From the human T2T-CHM13v2.0 reference genome, Homo sapiens, in assembly GCF_009914755.1 (NCBI RefSeq), contig NC_060925.1: a stretch of 64,000 nucleotides of DNA. The stretch is one strand, 5' to 3'. The position numbers and the translations under genes were made by a program. Of this stretch, positions 1 to 14,523 are shown in pieces. Positions within the stretch are counted from its first letter, which is position 1, and each line of letters starts with the position of its first letter. The notes beneath the pieces were generated by a model, which was not told the DNA's origin, made no database searches, and was given only the letters and a program-made list of their open reading frames with translations.

Positions 1-251
1 CCTTGCTAGACTCAACATGCTAAGACTGACTTCTACATCTGAACTATTCCATTGAATTCTGAATGTTTGAGGGCTGGTGCTAGTCTATGATGTTGTTTTC
101 ATTAGTTCAAAGAAAAAATCAAGAAATACAGTCATTTTTTCACACAGCTCTATTTGTTTTATTTAGAAAACCAAACTTTATTCTGTGATTAAGCCTTTCC
201 TATTTCTTTAGTTAAAATACCTTTTCTTTTATGAAATAATGGGTTTTATAA

Positions 252-548
<297 letters not shown>

Positions 549-637
549 TGTAAATTTTTTTTTAAATGTCCTAACCTGACAAGTAGGAAGCTAAAAATAG
601 TATTAGTCTCCAAAATTAAAATATTATTTTATATTCT

Positions 638-728
638 ATTTTTTAGAGACGAGGTCTTGCTATGTTGCCCAGGCTGGTCTTGTACTCCTGGCCTCAAGTG
701 ATCCTCCTGCCTCAGCCTCCCAAGTAGC
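638..728 (-). mobile_element. Alu monomer fragment (FLAM-like)
   Basis: tagagacgaggtcttgctatgttgcccaggctgg. Confidence 0.8.
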
Positions 729-769
729 CAAAATTTAAAAATTACTGGTCCATGTAATTAATCTAGTCT

Positions 770-1060
770 ATCACTGTCCAATAGAAATATAACACAGCCC
801 CATATATAATTTAAGATCTTTTAGTAGACACATGAAAAAAGTAGTAAGAATGGGAGAGATGATTTTAATAATTTATCTTAACCCAGTATATCTGAAATAT
901 TGTCATTTCAACATGTTATCAATATAAAAATTGAGGTATTTTACTGTTTTTTTTTTTTAAATAACAAGTCTTCAAAATCCAGGGGATATTTTATAATTAA
1001 AGTATATCTGAATTTGGACCAGCCATATGTCAAGTGCTACAGCCATATTGAACAGTAGAT
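770..1060. mobile_element. MER33-like hAT-Charlie MITE
   Basis: Termini cactgtccaatagaaatat ... atattgaacagt resemble the MER33/MER3 consensus. Confidence 0.65.
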
Positions 1061-1349
1061 GTTTAGTCTATAGTACCCATGGAGGGAATGCTATTGGGTG
1101 GATACTCTACCACTATTTTTGTGGTCCAGTTGGATGTTCTGTCTGGTGGTCTTTCTGCTGCTTCCTTTGAAAGAGTAAAACACAATTTCTCCACAGAGCT
1201 ACCTATATCTATTTCCCACACTCACCCTGAGCTACATGTATCTATTTCCCCCACTTTCATTATTCACCTACTATGATGAATAAGGCAATACAAAGAAGAA
1301 TATAAAGTAAATGAATGGATTTTGGTTTTATAATTATTTTATTAATTAA

Positions 1350-1638
1350 TTTCTTAAAGACAGGGTCTTGCTCTGTTGCCCAGACTGGAGTACAGTGGCC
1401 AATCATCATTCACTGCAGCCTCACACTCCTGGATTCAACCCATCCTCTAGCCTCAGCTTCCCAAGCAGTAGCACTACAGGTATATGCCACTACATCTAGC
1501 TAATTTTTAAATTTTTTTATAGAGATGGGGGTCTCACTATGTTGCCAAGGCTCGTCTCAAACTCCTGGCCCCAAGCAATCCTCTCACTTCAGTCTCCCAA
1601 AGTGATGGGATTACATGTGTGAGCCACTACACCCGGCC
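1350..1638 (-). mobile_element. Alu (J-like)
   Basis: Dimeric Alu reverse complement. Confidence 0.9.
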
Positions 1639-1823
1639 TATAATTTTTTAAAATATAAATGTCTCAAGTTCCCATGCTGTATCAACTGAACCCCACATTC
1701 TTCTAAAATTCAAAATCTGAAACTAGATTTCTATTTACATGTCAAACAAAGTGAAGAAACATAAAATAACTGAACTATCAATTACTTAAGTCCACTGTGA
1801 GATGTTCTTAAAATTATACTTAC

Positions 1824-2061
1824 AATTTCAGTAATTCATCCTTTAACTTTTCATTTTCCAGTGAGTTTTCTTTGTTATCAATGACTTCTTCCACAAAAGG
1901 CTTAGTGAACTCTATTAAGGCCTTGCAACACTGACAAAGGCCATAGTCATCCATTTGTATTTGTTCTTTTGAGTATGGAACAGGAAGAAGAGATAGCTGA
2001 TTCCAAAGGGTAGACAATGCTAATCCAATTGAATATGCCTTGTTATGAAGTTTCTGAATCA
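1824..2061 (-). CDS. GLMN: Glomulin coding exon 6 (238 nt; VIQKLHNK...DELLK-F)
   Basis: Acceptor ctgttttag, donor ATT|gtaagt; phase 1 in, phase 2 out; translation matches glomulin residues 132-211. Confidence 0.97.
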
Positions 2062-2134
2062 CTAAAACAGAGATCAAGTTGTCGCTCATCAAGTATGCTA
2101 AACATGGGACAAGAAATTCGGCAAATGTGGAATT

Positions 2135-2260
2135 ATAAGACACTTCCTCCTCCCACATTTTAACAACTCTTGAATCAAGATGACACATCACAGTCTAATT
2201 GGCAGTGTTTTTTTCTTCTTAGTTGTGCATAAAATAATACAGCATCTTGCCATGAAATGC
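2135..2260. mobile_element. MER104-like (Tc2) DNA element remnant
   Basis: cattttaaca...ggcagtgttttttcttcttagttgtgcataaaataat resembles the consensus as recalled. Confidence 0.4.
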
Positions 2261-3107
2261 TGTTTAGGTTATGTTTATAACAGACTATGTGTAACAGGCT
2301 ATGTACTTAAGACAGAAACATGTTCTTTCCATGTTTTTGGGTTGTTATAAGCACAAAATATAAGTGTATTGTAAACTATAAAGCACTACACAAATAGGAG
2401 GTGGTATTATTAGATTTTTTTTCCCTAGAAGACTGAATATTACAGGTAGTATGAAGCTGGCAGGCATTCATATTTAAAACAAATTTAATTTCTGATTCTA
2501 GGTCCCTCTATCAGATTGTGAGATAAACGAATTTCCTAAAATGAAAAATAACCTCTTCCTATGGATACTGTCTGCCTTGGTTGCTAAGACCCATTACCTA
2601 CCAATACTGTTACTGCACTCAGCCATGGAGCCTTATCATCCCATATCTCCTCGTTTCATTCTTCAGTAGTAGCTTTGCTATGCCCAATCCAACCTCCCAA
2701 AGCAGAGGCTGAGCAATGCCTTGCCTGATACTCTTCCAGACTACCATAATGCTATCAGATTTAGTACTGCAGACACCACAGAGGTAACCCTTGAAACATG
2801 TTTAGAGAGAAAATTCTAGATTTAAGCAGCAGATAGGAAGGTTAGGCAAAAAGGTATAGTTTTCAATATAGCACATGAAAAATAGTATGACATTCAACAG
2901 AATATTTACTGGGTACCCACTCTGGCCAGATACTATAATCTTTCTATGAGCAGCAGTATTCACATTGGCATTGCTATTATTGGTTTAAGCAGAGTACTCA
3001 CTAATTAGCTGTAAACTTTACTTTGGTGTAGTATTGACATTTTGAGGTAACCATCAAGGCATTTAGAGATACAACAAGAAGTACTCTGATATCAAAATTC
3101 TCATTAC

Positions 3108-3216
3108 CTGTTTGTAATGGCTGAAGCAAAAGAAGAATACTTTGGGATATCTGTTTTCCAGAGGGCTCTTCAATCAGTTCAAGCAAACCCAACAATAATT
3201 CCTTTGGATTGCATAA
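3108..3216 (-). CDS. GLMN: Glomulin coding exon 5 (109 nt; LCNPKELL...QPLQT)
   Basis: Acceptor ttttatag, donor CAG|gtaatg; in frame with flanking exons. Confidence 0.97.
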
Positions 3217-4327
3217 CTATAAAAATATTCACAATTGAACCTGTTTAATACAAGTTGTATTTAAAGCCACATTATTACTATTTTTAAGAAGGCATGTATC
3301 GACAAAATATTATACAATTATGTTTTTGCTTAACATTAAAATTATTTATACAATTGTTGAAAAAATATGCATGAGCAAAACACAGAATCTGTGATGGTCA
3401 AGTAACTATAAAACTAAAAAGCAAGAAGTCAATGGATCTTTAGGCTCAGGTTTCCTTTGAGCTTCACCTGTCCACTCTGAAATTGCCTTAACAGATTCTC
3501 AGGGGCTCCAGCAGGTGGGACCTTTCAATCCCATGCTGCAAGCCTATTTAGACTAGTCTGGAATCTCTTTTGTATTTTTTGAACAGGTAAAACTTTGCAT
3601 TGCTTTCTGACTGGCCATATCTTATCATCTCACTTGACTGGTTTTTTAAAAGCTCCCAGCTCCCATAGTCAATAACTCATACAGATGGAGCTCTCCTTCC
3701 AATATATATTTGGGTATATTTGCACTGATCACTAAACAGTTTCTTATAATATACTTTTTCTCAGAATTTATCTTTCTTGGCCATCAAATATTGACTGTAA
3801 ACTCTACTAGCCTTTTACCCAGGGTCGCTTTCTAAGGTTGTTAGTCACAACTGATCTGTGTTCTACCCTATTCCTACTTCAATTTTAATCACTTGTATTC
3901 TAGGCCTTCCATTTTCTTTTAGGGAACATACCACAAAGGAAAGAGGACTGAGATTTTAATCTAGTTCCAATGTTGCCAAAAGATAAATGTGACCTTGAAC
4001 TACCTCTCTAAAGCTTGTATTCCACATCTATACGATAAGGCTACTTGTTAAGATATAGCTTCCCAGGTCTCTCCCTGGAGATGCTGAATCAATGGGTCCG
4101 ATATGAGGTTAATATGAGGTTAGACAATTCTTTTATCCAGAAAATTTGGGAAATCCTGAAATGGAATTGCCTATCCAATCAATAAGACTGGGTCTTTTCT
4201 CCAACGAGTTCCTTTCTGCATGTACTTTCATGAACCAAAAGCTTTCTTACCAAACAATAAACATTAAAGGGAATTATAAAATACTGCTGTGTGTTATGAT
4301 AAAGAGAACCTTGTTTTGTTAACTTAC

Positions 4328-4447
4328 CTTTACCAATAAATCAAAGATCAAAAAATAAACTTTTCTTTTACTATCCTCTTTATCTTTACACAAAAGGCAT
4401 CGAACAACAGGACCAACGAGATTCCAGCCCATATTCTTGATGATGAC
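4328..4447 (-). CDS. GLMN: Glomulin coding exon 4 (120 nt; VIIKNMGWNL...FDLLVK)
   Basis: Acceptor tttttacag, donor AAG|gtaagt; 40 codons of glomulin. Confidence 0.97.
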
Positions 4448-5179
4448 CTGTAAAAACATTTTCAGAGTAAAGCAAACACTGCCATCTATAGGACTCTCGC
4501 AGTGTGCTTTCCTATCTTGGAAGAGCTCAGAATTGTTTCTGAAATAGGAAGATGAGACAAGTGAAGCCTATGACATTTCACCAGAGACTTTCCAGGGTTG
4601 GCTACTAACAGACATCAACATTTTTAAATAGTTTTTAATATGTTCCCTGAGGAAAGGCAAAAGGGTCTTTACTTTTTATCAGGCAAGTTGGTGTTTCCCA
4701 AGATTTAAATAGTGCCTCTATTTCCAACAAAAGAGTTAATTTGCTTAATACAGGTACTTAACTTCCACAGACAATTTTGCTCCCCTTATTCATAAAGAAA
4801 TCCAGCCAATGCTCATGTACCTTTTAAAGTTCTTGGAGTCTCTAAATATAATCCTTGTAATTTATAAAAAAAAGAAGGGATACAACTTCATTAATTTTCT
4901 CTCCTACATACAAGTGGCTTCTATGTTCAAAGATATTTCAGAATGCTTACCATACAAGTAAAAGTTTATCTTTATAATGACTAATTCACATTCATTATCA
5001 AAACCACTAATTCTCAAAGGATCAACAATGTATTCCACTTCTCTGGCCTGCTTTGTATTTTAACTCATCAGTATTTACCAAGCCTACACTATAATATTCT
5101 AGAGGTTAGAAATAAAGTGAGGAACACACTGGATAAGATCACTACCCTCCTAGAGTCCTTCTTTAAAAGCACGGTGGTT

Positions 5180-5297
5180 GGCTGGGTGCAGTGGCTCATG
5201 TCTCTAATCCCAGCACCTTAGGAGGCTGAGGCAGGAGGATCACTTGAGCCCAGGAGTTTGAGACCAGCCTGGGCAACCTAGTGAGACCCTGTCTCTG
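5180..5297 (+). mobile_element. Alu left monomer (FLAM_C-like)
   Basis: ggctgggtgcagtggctca...gagaccctgtctct. Confidence 0.85.
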
Positions 5298-5319
5298 TTT
5301 TTTAAAGTTAAATACATTC

Positions 5320-5940
<621 letters not shown>

Positions 5941-5964
5941 ATAAATAATGAAAAAGCAGATCTA

Positions 5965-7178
5965 ACCCATCTGACAAGAGATTAATAACCAGAATAGAAA
6001 AGAAGCTCAAACAACACTAAAGGAAAAAATCTAATAATCCGATTAAAAAATTGGCAAAAGATTTGAATAGACATTTCCCAAAAGGCATACAAATGGCAAA
6101 CAAGCATATGAAAAGGTACGCATCATTATCATCAGAGAAATGCAAATCAAAACTACAATGGGATATCATCTCACCCCAGTTAAAATGGCTTATATACAAA
6201 AGACAGTCAATAACAAATGCTGGCAAGGATGTGGAGAAAAGGAAACCCTCATATATTGTCGCGACATGTATTGTCGCGATCTCAGCTCACTGCAAGCTCC
6301 ACCTCCTGGGTTCACGTCATTCTCCTGTCTCAGCCTCCCAAGTAGCTGGGGCTACAGGTGCCCGCCACCACTCCCGGCTAATTTTTTGTATTTTTTTTTT
6401 TAGATATTGTTGGTAGGAATGTAAATTACTACAACCATTAATGAGAACAGTTTGGCAGTTCCTCAAAAAATACAAAAATAGAGCTACCATATGATCCAGC
6501 AATCCCACTGCTGGGTATATACCCAAAAGAAAGGATATCACTATATTGAAGAGATATTTGCACTCCCATGTTCATTGCAGCACTATTTACAATATCTCAG
6601 ATATGGAAGCAACCTAAGTGTCCATCAACAGATGAATGGATAAAGAAAATGTGGTACACATACACAATGGAGTACTATTTGGCCACAAAAATGAATGACA
6701 TCCTGTCATTTGCAATAACATGGATGGGACTGTAGACCATTATGTTAAGTGAAAGAAGTCAGGCACAGAAAAACATTGAACGTTCTCACTTTTTTGTGGG
6801 ATCTGAAAACCAAAACAACTGAACTCACGGACGTAGAGAGTAGGAGGATGGTTACCAGAGGCTGAAAATGGTAGTGGGAGGCAGGGAAGATGGCTAATGG
6901 GTACCAAAAAAAAAAAAAAAAGTTATAAGTAATGAATAAGACCTACTATTTGATAGCACAACAGGGTGACTATAGTCAATAACTAATTGTACATTTTAAA
7001 GTAAATGAGTATAATTGGTTTGTTTGTAACACAGAGGATAAATGCTTGAGGGGATGGATACCCCATTCTCTATGATATTCTTATTACACATTGCATGTCT
7101 ATATCAAAACATCTCATGTACCCATCAATATATATGCCTTCTATGTACCCACAAAAATTAGAATTTTTTTAAAAAAAA
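5965..7178 (+). mobile_element. L1 (L1MA-like) 3' portion: ORF2 end and 3'UTR, interrupted at 6260-6403
   Basis: [21 protein letters not shown]...NKCW ORF2 C-terminal motif; typical L1 3'UTR. Confidence 0.9.
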
Positions 7179-7265
7179 TCTGATCTAGGAAGAAGACAAA
7201 ATGACACCTATAATACCTCATCTTGACCCCAGTCTTGTAAGATAATAAAAATAGAGTATACGATA

Positions 7266-7460
7266 CAGTAGTCTCCCCACTTATCTGCAGGGGGTACATT
7301 CCAGGACCCCCAGTGGATGCCTGAAACCATGAATAGTACCAAACACTATATATAAATACTATACATGCATATCTGTGACAAAGTTTAATTTATGAGATTA
7401 ACAATAACTACAACAATTATAATATACTGTAATAAATAGTATGTGAATGGTCTCTCACAA
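7266..7460. mobile_element. Tigger-family MITE (MER44-like) fragment
   Basis: TA followed by cagtagtctccccacttatctgc...cccccagtggatgcctgaaacc. Confidence 0.65.
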
Positions 7461-7575
7461 AGCAGTAAATAGTAAATCTTTTTATTTTTATTTTTTTTCT
7501 TTAATTCAGTCTTATAGTTGAAGATAATAGTAAATCTTGGTCAATTTTGATAGTGTCACCTGGCAAGAAAATTAA

Positions 7576-7921
<346 letters not shown>

Positions 7922-8569
7922 TAAACCTTTGCATTTAGCTGACCACATATTGCAAAGGTGATTCTCAAACTATTAAGACTAAGCCTCACATGTTTAAATC
8001 TATCCCATTAGCTATTCAGAAGCATGCTAAAAATAAAACGCTAAGGCATGCAATGCCTGAAAAATACTTTGTTTATACTTCCCTTTTCCTTCTGCCTCAC
8101 TGATGTGGTGCTGATCCTCATCTCCTTGGCAGGCCTCTTCTCTCTACCTGTTTCTTAAATTCTTCAAGATGGGATCTTGGGCCTCTTCTCTTCTGCCCCT
8201 TTTATGTGAACTCAGGTAAATTCTTGTTTTTTTTTTTCACTCCTCAATGCTTCAATTACCCAATCTTTAGGTAATTAAAGTCTCACAGATATGTGTCTCA
8301 GAGATCTACATCTTAATTCCTCTATCTCTACTGAGCTCAAAACCTTATTTTCCAATTGACTGCTGTACTTAAACTCAAAATTTCTAAAAGTCAACTCACT
8401 TGTTCCTTCAGAAAACTTTTCCCTCTACTTAGGTTGCCTTTTTCTGTTTGATATCATATGTTATCCTTTTAGAGGCTAGAAACCCAGTCATTTTTGATGC
8501 CTCTCCCTCTCAATCAAGCAATCCCCTGTATTCTACCCTAAAACCATACGCCATACAGCACTAACCAGA

Positions 8570-8790
8570 GGTAGAGCAGAGTGGTTAGGAGCTCCAAAAC
8601 CATGCTACACAGGTCTGAATCTTGGATGTTACATAAAAGCTGACTTACTTTTGGGCAAGTCATTTAACTTTTCAGTTACAAAATGAACACCTACCTTCTG
8701 AGATTTTGGAGAGACTAATTAAGTTAATAAATGTAAAGGACTAAAGACAGCATCTGGTACATGTAAACATGCAATAAATATTAGTTGTTA
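8570..8790. mobile_element. MIR remnant
   Basis: Core ttgggcaagtcatttaac; ...caataaatattagttgttatt. Confidence 0.6.
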
Positions 8791-9178
8791 TTAATTTTTT
8801 TATTATTAGCTGAAAGCTAAGTACTTTAGAAGGTTATCCTGAGAACGCAATTAGAAAAAAATCAAGAAGAGTTTAAAAAACATAAGATTTATTATATTGG
8901 AGGTTACAAAGTTATCATAAACATGTATCAAAAACTAAATAAAATGTCCTATTTTAATAAAAAATAAGAAGGGTATAAGCCATTTGAACTACTGACTAAG
9001 AGATGCTATAATAATATATGATTAAAAAGTTTTAGGAATCCCCCAAATCCAATCAAGATGCCCTGGAGAGAAACACAGATCAACATGATTACACTGTGAT
9101 ATCAAGAAAGAAAACTTCTAATAAATAAGTAGCACTGCAAATGAAGAAAGAGTGTGTACCTAGAAGGAAGATGGTCTT

Positions 9179-9535
9179 TGTATTAGTCTGTTCTCATGCT
9201 GCTATGAAAAAATACCCAAGCCTGGGTAATTTAGAAAGAAAAGAGGTTTAATTGACATGCAGTTCCACATGGCTAGGGAGGCCTCAGGAAACTTAACAAT
9301 CATGGCGGAAGGCACCTCTTCACAGGGCAGCAGGAGAGGGACTGAGTGCCAACAGGGGAAATGCCAGATGGTTATAAAACCATCAGACCTGGTGAGAACT
9401 CACTCCCTATCATGAGAAGCATGGGGAAACCACCCCCATGATTCAATCACCTCCACCTGGTCCCATCCTTGACACACAGGGATTATTACAATTCAAGGTG
9501 AGATCTGGGTGGGGACACAGAGCCAAACCATAGCC
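9179..9535 (-). mobile_element. THE1 (THE1C-like) MaLR solo LTR
   Basis: tgtattagtctgttctc...agccaaaccata; 5-bp TSD GTCTT at 9174-9178 and 9536-9540. Confidence 0.88.
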
Positions 9536-10015
9536 GTCTTCCTTATAAGGAGTATCCAAAGACACAAAATTTGGCAGGATGTTGCCAACACAGTGTCCCA
9601 GGAAAAAGTTATTCCTGATCCACAAATAAGATCCTTTTCCATTGTGGAGGATGATTTCTCAAACCATTGTAACTGGATGATACTGGCTAGTATAATGACA
9701 TATCGTTTTCCTCCTGTTCTGATTCTATGCACATAAAATACTGTTTTAATTAAAATTTGGTTTTCCATACACATTTGGCTGGAGGAGAATGGGCTGATCA
9801 CCCAAAATGAATATTTAGCCTGCTTGATATGTATATTTCTCATTGTAAATTAATGACTCAAACACCATTTTTGGACTCCCTAAACCAGAAGTAATTCTGT
9901 TTCTTCTAAAAACTCTTTACTTCAACTATAGCAATTATTTATTTTGCCTCATTATTGTTAGTTGTTTACATGTTTATGTTTGACCAGATGGTAAAAACCT
10001 TCAAGTATATGACTG

Positions 10016-10160
10016 TTTCTTTTCTTTTTTTTTTTTTTTTTTCTGAGACAGGGTCTTACTCTGTTGCCCAGGCTGGTCTCAAACTCCTGGGCTCAAGTGA
10101 TCTGCCTGCCTTGGCCTCCCATAACGCTGTGATTACGAACGTGAGCCACTGCGCCTGGCC
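10016..10160 (-). mobile_element. Alu monomer (FLAM_C-like)
   Basis: Poly-T plus single monomer. Confidence 0.85.
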
Positions 10161-10312
10161 TAAATATTTCTAATTCTTTTTTTGTTTTCAGTTCCCTACT
10201 GTGAAAATTTAAGTAGATTCTTAAATGTTTGATGGATAAATGACTGGATGAATAGCATCATGTGATTATTCTCTTCCCAAGACTGAAAAGTAAACACCAA
10301 GATTGTACGCAC

Positions 10313-10438
10313 CTTATTCTTTTCATTTTGAATAATTTCTAATAGCTGGTCTGTGTGCCCTTCTTCTATGCATCTTTGCCCAGCTAACTGAAATAGGCCA
10401 AAATCCTCTTCTTTAAAGTCTTGCTCTTCTAGGATTTG
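10313..10438 (-). CDS. GLMN: Glomulin coding exon 3 (126 nt; QILEEQDF...QNEKNK)
   Basis: Acceptor poly-T+gccag, donor AAG|gtgcgt; 42 codons. Confidence 0.97.
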
Positions 10439-10869
10439 CTGGCAAAAAAAAAAAAAACCCAAAAAACAAACAAAAAAAAGTATATGCAAATAAAAATTAA
10501 ATACAATAACTTCTTGATTTATCTATGAAAAAAGGAAATCTGTTTAAATTCTAGATAAATGTAACGTAAATAACACACGTATCAAAATTAGGATTACCCT
10601 AATAAATACTTTAATAAGTGACCTTGAAATCTACTGTACCAGTGAAATCTATGAAAAGGATCAGGATTAAAATGTAAAAGGTTATTTAGATAAGTATGTC
10701 ACCTGGAGAAATAATCCAATCTGCCTCCCCCACTCATGCTCTTTACAGGTCAAAAAAAGCAAGGATTAAAGAAGATAAACAATTTGAGTGACCACAAATA
10801 TAATTAAAAACAATCTGTGCCCTTCCCATATTTTGAAAGGTATTTAATTTTACAAAAATTAATACTTAC

Positions 10870-10908
10870 ACATCTCTTTATTATAGACTGAAGTTCCTCT
10901 ACAGCCAT
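10870..10908 (-). CDS. GLMN: Glomulin exon 2 coding part (MAVEELQSIIKRC); exon including 5'UTR spans 10870-10938
   Basis: ATG at 10908-10906; acceptor tatttgtag before 10938; donor TGT|gtaagt. Confidence 0.96.
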
Positions 10909-11811
10909 TCTTATTTCTCCTAGTTTCGATGCTAAAATCTACAAATACAAAACACACTGTTAACTATCCGTGATATTACACTTAAGTATTCAAAAGTTAT
11001 GTTTCAGTGTGATAAATTATTAGTAAATACAATAAAGAAAATGGAAAGTTTTTGTTGTTGTGTTTTTTGGTCCAATAGCATGCTAGGAGAAAATGTAAAG
11101 TTTTAAAGTTGAAATGTTATTACTGAATCTTAGTATGTTTGCCTAAGAAAATAAAGTGTTTTTTTAGAAGCCCTTATTGCATGTTTTAAGTTTTCTAGGA
11201 GCATAGTTTTGAAAGCTACTTTGAAGGAAAAAAAAACAAAAAAAACCTCTCGAGCACTCCCAAGAGGCGAGGCATATACGAACTAAAGGGCTTTTAAAAA
11301 GCAAAGCACTTCTTTTCTGAAAAAAAATTTCCAAAAGGTGGACCTGAAATCAAAATTCTAATCATCAGGGGATTTTTCATTTTTAATGTCTCACCTCACA
11401 AAAATTGGGGTGCAACACAAGCTTATCTATAGGGGGTGAAGATTCAGATGCCCTCCATTCCATTTCTCTCTAGGAGTTGCAGTCCCCAAAGTGATCAATC
11501 CAGCTAGTGAAATCACTGTATCACACGGAGACAAGACAACGGCGGCCTTCAGGAGGAGACCATCGCTTCTCCTGGCGGCAAGGCTCGGCCCCAAGCCCTC
11601 AGTAGGGGCGCGAGTCAGCCCGGTCCTCAGGGCAGCGCGCTGGAAGGCGAGTGAACACCCCAGCGCGCGTGCGGGCTGCATCAGAGGAAGCCATGTCTTC
11701 CGATTCCTGCTCGCCTAGGTGGGCAGGCTCCACCACCTCGCGTGGCCTAGTCGGCCCGCAGCACCAAGTCCGCCGCGGCTCACGGCCAACCGCGAGCCCT
11801 GGCCACCCTGA

Positions 11812-12174
<363 letters not shown>

Positions 12175-12772
12175 TAGAGAAGGCCGAAAGCTTCCCACCG
12201 CCGTCCGCACCTCCTGGGAAAGATTTCCTGGCCGCCCCTCACCCCTTTACGCCAGTGTTCCAAGATTTCCCTCACGCGGACTGTGGCCCCAGCCTCTGAG
12301 ACAAAGGACAGTGGAGGCCCCGGGAACCCAGGCCTGGGGTCCCCGGGTTTCGGGGCAAGTGACTAGGGCAGCGTTGGCAGCTGGCCTTGAACCTAGGACC
12401 GGTCCTCCTTTCCAGATTGCTTGGGTGCCCAGTTCTTTAAGGTGCCGGACTCCCCTCTTCCCCCAGAGAGGACGTTTGGCAGACGGAGAGAGGTTTCCCC
12501 TAAAAGTACCCAGATCTCAGATTTTCAGGAGTGGTTAATTAAGCAACTATGATACAGAAGAAAATTCAATCCCCAAAGAGATACATTTTAACCAAGAAAA
12601 ATTAGACAGTAATCAATTTGCAAAAACAAATTGCTCTCCCTTCCTATTTCATTTTGATTTACACACGATTGGACATAAAATATGTGGAAAAGAAGAAAAG
12701 GTGGTCTACAGTTTGTTATTTGTGTAGGAATCTATCTTGTACCTAATGTGTTTGTGTAGACCTGACCTACTG

Positions 12773-13088
12773 CCACCATGTGTAGCTTAACTGCGGGGAT
12801 GCATTTTGAGAAATAAGTTGTTAGTCGATTTCATCCTTGTGTGACCATCATCGAGTGCACTTACACAAACCTAGATGGTACAGCCTACTTACACACTAGG
12901 CTATATGGTACAGCCTATTGCTCCCAGGCTACAAACCTGCACAGCATGTTACTGTACTAAGTACTGTAGGCAACTGTATATCTAAACATAGAAAAGGTAC
13001 AGTAAAAATACAGTATTTTAATCTTATGAGACCGCTGTCTGTATGCTGTCCGTCGTTTACGGAAATGTCATTATGTAGCACATGACTG
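12773..13088. mobile_element. Tigger3a-like DNA transposon
   Basis: acacaaacctagatggtacagcctac core; terminal catgactg followed by TA. Confidence 0.8.
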
Positions 13089-13102
13089 TATTTTTATTGT
13101 AG

Positions 13103-13148
13103 GTACTAAACAGACAAGTACTTTGAAACAAGAAGATGCTTCTAAAAG
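13103..13148 (+). CDS. RPAP2: RPAP2 exon 2 (46 nt; TKQTSTLKQEDASK)
   Basis: Acceptor tttattgtag, donor AAG|gtatga; phases 1/2 fit. Confidence 0.95.
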
Positions 13149-13689
13149 GTATGACAGCTACATGGACAACTACATTGGCATATCTACTTATCTTGTATTA
13201 CTTGTACCAATTTTAAAACAATAATGGTTACCTTTTTTTTTTTAGAGAAAATTATCATGAGAGGGAAGGGAAAGATCTGGGAAGGCCTATAAATTCTCAC
13301 ATAGACTGTTACATTCCTCTACTCCAGGCTTTAAGAAAACCAAACTAAGCACTCAGACTGCTAGTGAAGGAATGAGTGTCTGTAGAAGGTGTTTGTTTTT
13401 CACCGCTTCAGGTACACTCTCCTTTTATTGCTTTATATGCCAGAGACTCACTCTCCAAGTTTCGCTGTCACTCCAAGAAACCTTTTCTGTTCTTTGTTAC
13501 ATCAAGTCCAGATTTTCATTAAAAAGCTGTCTTGTACTAGTTCTGGTTCTAAAAAGGCAAGATATTACCACATATCACACAGAGTTTCTAGAAGAGGAGT
13601 AGAATGTGAAGGGGATTAAAAGCATATGTAGCTATGATTTTTATTTTGTGAAGACTCACTAATCTTATATTGGCTTTGGTCTTAATTTA

Positions 13690-14277
<588 letters not shown>

Positions 14278-14364
14278 TTAAATTTAAGTGGCAAAATAGT
14301 GAGTTAGGTTAGTATTGTATTTTAAAACATGGAATGTTGGACATGAAGCTTTTAAGTAGATTAA

Positions 14365-14523
<159 letters not shown>

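Noticed and set aside
2062-2191. In-frame upstream extension of GLMN exon 6 to an intronic ATG
   Set aside because: Crosses the canonical acceptor into intron and repeat sequence; consistent with a chance open frame
4101-4122. atatgaggtta repeated twice
   Set aside because: Trivial 11-nt slippage duplication
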